A stretch of 20,685 nt of DNA from Candidatus Micrarchaeota archaeon (GTDB lineage Archaea > Micrarchaeota > Micrarchaeia > Anstonellales > Bilamarchaeaceae), in the NCBI GenBank assembly GCA_032123335.1, contig JAQBFN010000045.1, positions 1 through 20,685 of the forward strand. The letters run 5' to 3'. Position 1 is the stretch's first letter; each line of letters opens with the position of its first letter. Positions 1-5,645 of the stretch are shown one piece after another. The notes below the pieces were generated by a model, which was not told the DNA's origin, ran no database searches, and was given only the letters and a program-made list of their open reading frames with translations. The position numbers and the translations under genes are program-made.

Positions 1-954
1 GGTTGGAATAGCGGAACTCGGATGCAGAAGCCACTTCTACGGGAATGCGGGTGTATTTTTCAAGGATGTACTTCCCGGTGAGGCCTGCATAGCCTGCGGT
101 TCCGCATGCAACAATGAAAATTTTCCGGGGGTTATTTTCCAGGTTGAGCTCGATTGGGATGGAAATGGAGTCCCGGACAACCTGGGGCTGCTCATGGATT
201 TCCTTGAGCATGAAATGCTTGTAGCCCTGCTTCTGGGCTTTTCCACATCCCAGTTTATTGTTTTTGTTTCCAGGGAAACGGGGTTGCCTTTTCCGTCGTA
301 AATTTCAACAGAATTTTCCTTTATTGAAGCAACCTGGAAATCATCAAGGTAGATAACTTTGCGCGTGTGCTCAACAAATGCGGAAACATCAGAGCCAATG
401 AAATTTTCTTCCTCCCCGATTCCGATTGCAAGCGGGGAACCGTTGCGCGCAACAACAATTTCATTTGAGTCCGGGCGGATTGCACAGATTGCATATGTGC
501 CGTGGAGCTGGTTTATTGTTTTAAGGACTGCGTCCTTCAGGTTTCCTGAATAGTTTTTTTCAAGGAGGTGCGCAACAACTTCAGAATCAGTTTCTGATTT
601 GTAATCGCAATCCTTCATTTCTTCTTTGAGCTCGAGGTAATTTTCAATTATTCCGTTGTGAACTATTGCTATTTTTCCTGAGGTGGAAAAGTGGGGATGG
701 GCGTTTTTTTCCGAAGGCTCTCCGTGGGTTGCCCAGCGGGTATGCGCAATTCCCATGCTTCCGGGAAGGGAGGAAAAATTCATGCTTGAATCTACTTCCG
801 AAACCTTTCCCTTGCCTTTTTTCAGCTGGATTTCACCTTCTGAAACCGTGGCCATGCCAATTGAATCATATCCTCTGTATTCGAGGTTTTTGATTGATTT
901 GAGCAAGAGTTCGCTTGCTTTTTTCTTTCCTATGTATCCTGCTATTCCGCACAT
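1..954 (-). CDS. glmS: Glutamine--fructose-6-phosphate aminotransferase (GlmS), 3'-truncated by the window edge, with an apparent -1 frameshift at about 239-242
   Basis: ATG at 954 gives the Ntn-amidotransferase start MCGI, then LEYRGYDS, IAHTRWATHG, HNGIIEN, SETDSEV. After ...WDVEK the frame loses similarity and stops at 37. The -1 frame reads AQKQGYKHFMLKEIHEQP...IFIVACGTAGYAG...ASEFRY (SIS domain) and is open to position 1. GAGGT SD lies upstream. Confidence 0.93.
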
Positions 955-978
955 GAGCATCAACCTCAAGAAGGTTTA

Positions 979-1025
979 GGACAAAATGAAAATTTTGTCC
1001 GCTTTAGGAATTAGTAAATTCCTAA
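979..1025. promoter_or_regulatory. Two adjacent perfect 9-4-9 inverted repeats (operator sites or glmS leader hairpins)
   Basis: GGACAAAAT-GAAA-ATTTTGTCC (979-1000) and TTAGGAATT-AGTA-AATTCCTAA (1004-1025), 3 nt apart, between glmS and the divergent HTH gene. The repeats are directly visible; their function is inferred. Confidence 0.6.
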
Positions 1026-1048
1026 TCAAGAATAGAAATAGAAATGTT

Positions 1049-1080
1049 TTTTAATACATCTATATAAAAAATTTTAATAC
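1049..1080. promoter_or_regulatory. Back-to-back archaeal promoters (TATA boxes) for glmS and the HTH regulator
   Basis: AT-rich block. Minus strand has TTTATATA at about 1060-1067. Plus strand has an A-run then TTTTAATA (1072-1079), about 30 nt before ATG 1109. TTTTAATAC occurs twice (1049-1057, 1072-1080). Confidence 0.55.
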
Positions 1081-1108
1081 CATTAAGAAAATCTTTAAGG
1101 TGAACAAA

Positions 1109-2005
1109 ATGAGGATAATATCAGACGAAGGGAAATCGCTTGGGTGCAAGGAAATGAACGAGGAGTCCATAGGTGTGCTTTCGGAAGAAAGGCTCCAGAT
1201 GCTCAAACTCATCTCAAAGGAGCCCATGTACCCTGCCCAGATTGCAAGGAAAATGGGGATGCAGGTGCAGGCAGCATATTACCACATCCGCCTGCTGGAG
1301 AAAGCAGGGCTTGCGGGGTTTGTGGAGTATGAAGAGAGGGGTGGGGGCATGGCAAAGAAGTTTTCGAGCGTTTCGGACAGCCTTGCAATAGTCCTGAATG
1401 ATAAGGGGTGGGGGGAATACAGGGAGAAAAAGGAAAAGGTTCCCGGGCTGCTCAAGCCATTTATACGGAACGGAGTATTTGACGGGAGGGTTGTGCTTGG
1501 GTCTCCGGACCCGCATGGGAAATACCGGGCGCGCGGGAATGAGCTGTGCATGGTTGAGTTCTCCATGCTGCTGGGGCAGTATGCCGGGTTCTCTTTCCCG
1601 CTTTATTCCCTTGATACGGAAGTGAACGAGAAGGATAAAGAGGGGAACCTGGTGCTTGCAGGGGGGCCTAAGGTAAATACGCTTGTTGCGGAAGTGAACA
1701 AGCACCTGCCCATCAGGTTTGAGGAAAGGAGCTTTGATGTGTACAGCACGCTTTCAGGGAAGAAGTATGGGGAGAATATAGGGTTGGTGGAGCTTGTGGA
1801 AAACCCATTCAACAAAAAGAAGAAGGTGCTGCTGCTTGGGGGGCTGAACCAGAATGGGACGCGGGCGGCTGTGCTTGCGCTGGTAACGCGGATGCGGGAG
1901 ATTGGAGGGGGGAATACATATAATCAGGATATTATAGCTAAGGTTGTGGAAGGATTCGACGATAATGGGGATGGGGTTGTGGATGCGGTGGAAATACTGG
2001 AGTGA
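1109..2005 (+). CDS. ArsR-like winged-HTH transcriptional regulator with a C-terminal alpha/beta (S-layer-C-like) domain
   Basis: N-terminal RLQMLKLISKEPMYPAQIARKMG...AYYHIRLLEKAGL is ArsR/HTH_20-like. The C-terminal part has GSPDPHG, NLVLAGGPKVN and a terminal DDNGDGVVD. AGGTGA SD (1098-1103) favours ATG 1109 over GTG 1100. Confidence 0.8.
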   Translation: MRIISDEGKSLGCKEMNEESIGVLSEERLQMLKLISKEPMYPAQIARKMGMQVQAAYYHIRLLEKAGLAGFVEYEERGGGMAKKFSSVSDSLAIVLNDKGWGEYREKKEKVPGLLKPFIRNGVFDGRVVLGSPDPHGKYRARGNELCMVEFSMLLGQYAGFSFPLYSLDTEVNEKDKEGNLVLAGGPKVNTLVAEVNKHLPIRFEERSFDVYSTLSGKKYGENIGLVELVENPFNKKKKVLLLGGLNQNGTRAAVLALVTRMREIGGGNTYNQDIIAKVVEGFDDNGDGVVDAVEILE

Positions 2006-2047
2006 GGCAGTTCTTTGAAATAGAACGAAGTGTGGTAAAAAGACAAC

Positions 2048-2057
2048 ATTTATAAAT
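2048..2057 (+). promoter_or_regulatory. Probable TATA box for the carbonic anhydrase-like gene
   Basis: TTTATAAA at 2049-2056 in the intergenic gap, with GGTGTGA SD at 2091-2097 before ATG 2103. Confidence 0.55.
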
Positions 2058-2102
2058 CTAGATTGAGCAATAAAAGTAGCACAAATAGTGGGTGTGATAT
2101 GA

Positions 2103-2993
2103 ATGAATGGCACTGCAAAACAAGAAAGGATAATTACTGCTGTTTCAAGGCTTAGGGAAAAAGCAATTGGGCATCCTACGAAATGGAAGATGCTTACTGA
2201 GAGGAGAATACGTGCCCTGAATGAAGGGCAGAAACCAAAGGTTCTCGCGGTAGGCCCCCGTGTAATCGGCGGGCTGAGCGCGCGTTACCTAAATGATACT
2301 TCGTATAGTGGAAAACCGGGGAAGGTTTTTGAGGTTACAACCAGCAACAGCGGATGGCTTGACAAAGTGGGAGCCGGTTCTGTTTTCTATGCAGTAAAGC
2401 ACCTTGGAGTTAAGAAAGTGGATGTATGGGGAAACGGAGGAAAAACTCAGGGGAACACTGCAAGGTCGCTGATGGAAGCGGTCGGAAATATACCCCTTGA
2501 GATAAGGGAATTCAGCATTGTCGGAAGCAGAGTAACGGAGGTAGGGCTTGCGGATGCCGCAGTTGTTTGCTGCTCTGATTCCAGGGTCCAGGCACATGAT
2601 ATGTATGATAATGTAGTTGTGGTTTCCAACGCAGGGAATATTCTTTCCCATACTGCAATTGAAGTGATGACTGAAGTTGTTGAAAAGGGGGTGCCCATCC
2701 TGATGATTATGGGGCACACAAAGTGCGGTGCGGTAGGCGCTGCAGTTGCGGGAAATAAAGAAAAAGAGCTTGAGGAGATAATGAGCGTAGTTGGCCACAA
2801 CCTCAAGATAGGGGAGCCGGCAGATGCGGAAGTGAAAAATGCTGTCGTTTCTGCAGGGATCCTCAAAGGAAAAGGATTTGCAAACTATTACGGGGAGAAA
2901 CTCCAGATGCTCCAGGGAAAAATAAGGGATATGAAAATTGAAGTAATGGCTACTTTCTTTGACCTTGCAACCGGGGAAGTAGAAGAACTTTAA
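2103..2993 (+). CDS. Two-domain beta-class carbonic anhydrase-like protein (degenerate N domain plus Zn-binding C domain)
   Basis: The C half has CSDSRV, NAGN and GHTKCGAV (Zn ligands Cys/His/Cys and the Asp-Arg dyad). The N half has GQKP, PGKVF and GSVFYAVKHLGV but no Zn ligands. Confidence 0.85.
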   Translation: MNGTAKQERIITAVSRLREKAIGHPTKWKMLTERRIRALNEGQKPKVLAVGPRVIGGLSARYLNDTSYSGKPGKVFEVTTSNSGWLDKVGAGSVFYAVKHLGVKKVDVWGNGGKTQGNTARSLMEAVGNIPLEIREFSIVGSRVTEVGLADAAVVCCSDSRVQAHDMYDNVVVVSNAGNILSHTAIEVMTEVVEKGVPILMIMGHTKCGAVGAAVAGNKEKELEEIMSVVGHNLKIGEPADAEVKNAVVSAGILKGKGFANYYGEKLQMLQGKIRDMKIEVMATFFDLATGEVEEL

Positions 2994-3004
2994 GTTCCAT
3001 CCCC

Positions 3005-3014
3005 TCTCTTTTTT
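3005..3014 (+). terminator. Possible oligo-T terminator
   Basis: Pyrimidine tract ending in T6 (3009-3014) shortly after the stop at 2993. Confidence 0.35.
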
Positions 3015-3063
3015 AATCATTCTTATTTAATCTTCTTATCTCATTCAGAGAATGGTGAGAAAC

Positions 3064-3627
3064 ATGGATGCAGAAGAAGCTATGAAGAAACTGATGGAAG
3101 GCAACGCAAGGTTTGTGAAGGGAGATGCAAAGAAGTATGATTTTGTTGCACGGAGGAAGGAGCTCCTTGACGGGCAGCACCCGTTCGCAACAATATTGAC
3201 CTGCTCAGATTCAAGGGTAAGGCCTGAGTTCATATTTGATACGAATATAGGGGAGATATTCAACATTGAGACTGCAGGAAATGTAGTGGATTCTATTGCG
3301 CTTGGAAGCATTGAGTATGGAGTAGAGCACCTCCAGACTCCGGTTCTCATGATACTTGGGCACACAAGATGTGGGGCAGTAACTGCATGCTGCCAGCTCC
3401 AGGGAGAACTTGCGGGGAACCTGGGGGAAATCATGAAAAAGATTGAGCCTGCAGCTCTCAGGAAGAACAAGGAAATCGACCCTGCAATCGATGAGAACAT
3501 GCAGTGCGTAAAGGAGTGCATGCTCCAGAACAGCCCAATCATAAAGAAGTTTGTGGATGAAGGCAGGGTGAAGATGGTGCTTGCAAAATACATCCTGGAA
3601 ACAGGGGAAGTAAAGGTACTGGAATGA
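3064..3627 (+). CDS. cynT: Beta-class carbonic anhydrase
   Basis: Canonical motifs L-x-x-GN-x-RF, GQHP, CSDSRV, AGN, GSIEYGVEHL, GHTRCGAV, Y-x-L-x-TG-x-V. GGTGA at 3054-3058 favours ATG 3064 (alternative start 3052). Confidence 0.92.
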   Translation: MDAEEAMKKLMEGNARFVKGDAKKYDFVARRKELLDGQHPFATILTCSDSRVRPEFIFDTNIGEIFNIETAGNVVDSIALGSIEYGVEHLQTPVLMILGHTRCGAVTACCQLQGELAGNLGEIMKKIEPAALRKNKEIDPAIDENMQCVKECMLQNSPIIKKFVDEGRVKMVLAKYILETGEVKVLE

Positions 3628-4856
3628 ACCAACACGAAAAACAGGAACCAATCAGCTCAGAGAAGCTTTACGAATTCCGGAAGCTCATGAAACAGGTGAA
3701 GGGCTACCGGGGCAGTGGCACCCAAATGATTTCGGTCTACATACCTGCAGGATATCCGCTGCACGAGACCTCAAACAAACTTAAGGAAGAGCTTGGGCAG
3801 GCTTCAAACATTAAATCAAAACAGACGCGCACAAATGTGATGGAAGCGCTGGAGAAAATAGTGAATTACTTCAAGATGTTCAGGAAAACCCCTGAAAAGG
3901 GGTTGGTGGTTTTCGCAGGGAATGTTTCCGATGACCCTTCAAAAAGGGACATTCAGCTCTTCTCAGTTGAGCCCCCATATAAGCTGGGCGTGAGCCTCTA
4001 CAGGTGCGACAGTTCATTCTTCCTTGAGCCCCTGGACAATATGCTGGAAACCCGCGCAACATATGGGTTAGTGGTGATGGACGGGAGGGAAGCGACAATC
4101 GCGCTTGTAAAAGGAACTGAAACCCAGATTATAAAGAGGATACGCTCGATGGCGCACTCCAAGATTAAAGTGGGTGGGCAGAGCGCCATGCGTTACCAGA
4201 GGGACATTGATGAGAAAAAGGGGGCATATTACAGGAAGGTGGGGGAATCCATGAATGCAGCATTCCAGGGAAAAGTGAAGGGGGTGATTGTAGGAGGGCC
4301 TGGGCCTGCAAAAGAATTCTTCATGAAAGAGGAAACATTCAGCCACCAGCTCACGCTCATGGGCGTTGTGGACACAGGGTATACTGATGAATACGGGATA
4401 AGGGAAGTGCTTGCAAAGAGCGGAGATATTCTCGCTGAGCAGGAAGCAATAAAAGAAAGGCTGCTGGTTGAAAGGTTCATAAAAGAAGTAGTAACCGATG
4501 GGCTTGCAACCTATGGGATAAACGAGGTTATTGCGGCCGTGGATTCAAAGCAGGCGGAAGTGCTGCTTGTTTCAGAAGAGCTTCCGTTCAGGTTCAATGA
4601 ATACAAGTGCCAGAGCTGCGGGCACACGGAAAGAAAGATTATCAAGGGGGATAAGGCAGAACCAAAGAACTGCCCCAAGTGCAATACAAAAATGGATGTG
4701 GATATTGATGAGCCGCTTGTGGACGAGATTATAGACCGGGCAAACAAGCATAATATACGGGTTGAGGTAATCTCAACCAATACTGCTGAGGGCTCCCAGT
4801 TCCTTACCGGGTTTGGGGGAATAGGAGCGTTCCTCAAGTACAGAAAGCAGAGCTAG
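3624..4856 (+). CDS. prf1: Peptide chain release factor aRF1
   Basis: NIKS, YRCDSSF (YxCxxxF), GGQS and C-terminal FGGIGAFLKY motifs, plus a CQSC...CPKC insertion. The start overlaps the carbonic anhydrase stop (ATGA). Confidence 0.97.
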   Translation: MNQHEKQEPISSEKLYEFRKLMKQVKGYRGSGTQMISVYIPAGYPLHETSNKLKEELGQASNIKSKQTRTNVMEALEKIVNYFKMFRKTPEKGLVVFAGNVSDDPSKRDIQLFSVEPPYKLGVSLYRCDSSFFLEPLDNMLETRATYGLVVMDGREATIALVKGTETQIIKRIRSMAHSKIKVGGQSAMRYQRDIDEKKGAYYRKVGESMNAAFQGKVKGVIVGGPGPAKEFFMKEETFSHQLTLMGVVDTGYTDEYGIREVLAKSGDILAEQEAIKERLLVERFIKEVVTDGLATYGINEVIAAVDSKQAEVLLVSEELPFRFNEYKCQSCGHTERKIIKGDKAEPKNCPKCNTKMDVDIDEPLVDEIIDRANKHNIRVEVISTNTAEGSQFLTGFGGIGAFLKYRKQS

Positions 4857-4876
4857 ATACTCGTAAAACAAAAAAG

Positions 4877-4929
4877 TAGCGTAACGCGGGCCATGTTTTT
4901 ATGAAATTTTTACCGCTAGCATAACGCAG
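4877..4929. repeat. Imperfect 13-bp direct repeat in a convergent intergenic gap
   Basis: TAGCGTAACGCGG (4877-4889) and TAGCATAACGCAG (4917-4929), 11/13 identical, 40 bp apart. Confidence 0.4.
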
Positions 4930-4941
4930 CAGAAAAAAATT

Positions 4942-5634
4942 TCAGGGGAAGGTGTGTGAGTCCCCAGGTTCTTCTTCTGCAGTTTCATTTTCTGCTGCAT
5001 CTGAAGACTCATTTAGTATTACCGGGCCAGGGCCCTCCATCTCAGAAATGTTTATATCCGGAAGACCGGTTTCATTTGCTTCGGGCTCTTCTTCAGATGG
5101 GGGAGTTATCAAGGTAGTTTTGCAGGTTCCCTGAACATAACTGTCGCTTAGGCGGACTACCATCCCCCTGCTATAGAATTCTGATTCATTTCCCTTCTCT
5201 ATCCAGATTATGGAAGTGCCGGGGTCTTCGAATGCGGCCAGGATCTCTTCGTAACACTCGCTGATTGTGGCAGTGCCTTTGATTGTTCCGCAAAAGTCTC
5301 CATCATCAAATGCATAAACGCTGAATTCCTTTCCAACCAGCCCGGGGCTTCCTGCATAATCAACCCCGCATTGCATTATGTTCTGCTTGCTTAATGGGTA
5401 TTTTTCAAGGCCGCGCAGGTCTTCAACAACATACAGTTTGCTGACGGCAAGAAGATTGGATGCAAACTCCTGCATTGTAACGTTCTGCCCTTCATTTGCG
5501 AATGGAGGGGGATACTCCCCTGGTGCTGCAACAACCACATCTGGAGCTGGCTCCGGAGGAAGAGTAAGCACATAATATGCGATTCCTAATGCTGCCAGGA
5601 TGAGCACTGCTGCCACAATCTGCTTTGTTTCCAT
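4942..5634 (-). CDS. Hypothetical N-terminally anchored membrane/surface protein with a 4-Cys domain and acidic tail
   Basis: Single hydrophobic segment IVAAVLILAALGIAYYVLTL, Pro-rich linker, four Cys, several N-x-S/T sequons. The track's GTG at 5643 is part of an AGGTG SD, so ATG 5634 is preferred. Confidence 0.8.
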   Translation of the reverse strand: METKQIVAAVLILAALGIAYYVLTLPPEPAPDVVVAAPGEYPPPFANEGQNVTMQEFASNLLAVSKLYVVEDLRGLEKYPLSKQNIMQCGVDYAGSPGLVGKEFSVYAFDDGDFCGTIKGTATISECYEEILAAFEDPGTSIIWIEKGNESEFYSRGMVVRLSDSYVQGTCKTTLITPPSEEEPEANETGLPDINISEMEGPGPVILNESSDAAENETAEEEPGDSHTFP

Positions 5635-5645
5635 TAAATGCACCT

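Noticed and set aside
37..238. Ser-rich C-terminus of track ORF 37..969
   Set aside because: It is an out-of-frame read-through after the glmS frameshift; the -1 frame carries the GlmS SIS motifs.
955..1100. glmS ribozyme upstream of glmS
   Set aside because: The region is short and AT-rich, and no glmS ribozyme core or pseudoknot pattern is recognisable.
2099..2155. Cys/His-containing overlapping mini-ORF (MNEWHCKTRKDNYCCFKA); ATGAATGAATG offers starts in all three frames
   Set aside because: The SD spacing fits ATG 2103, and there is no evidence the peptide is translated.
2289..3651. Long antisense ORFs (2289..3020, 3045..3635, 3211..3651)
   Set aside because: Shadows of the carbonic anhydrase genes with no motifs.
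4596..4690. CQSC...CPKC zinc ribbon in aRF1 as a novelty
   Set aside because: Cys-rich insertions in the C-terminal domain of archaeal aRF1 are a known variable feature.
4877..4929. attC-like (GCATAAC), dif-like or CRISPR-like interpretation of the repeat
   Set aside because: No matching inverted core at a suitable distance, no paired Xer arms, only two 13-bp copies, and no integrase or cas gene in the window.
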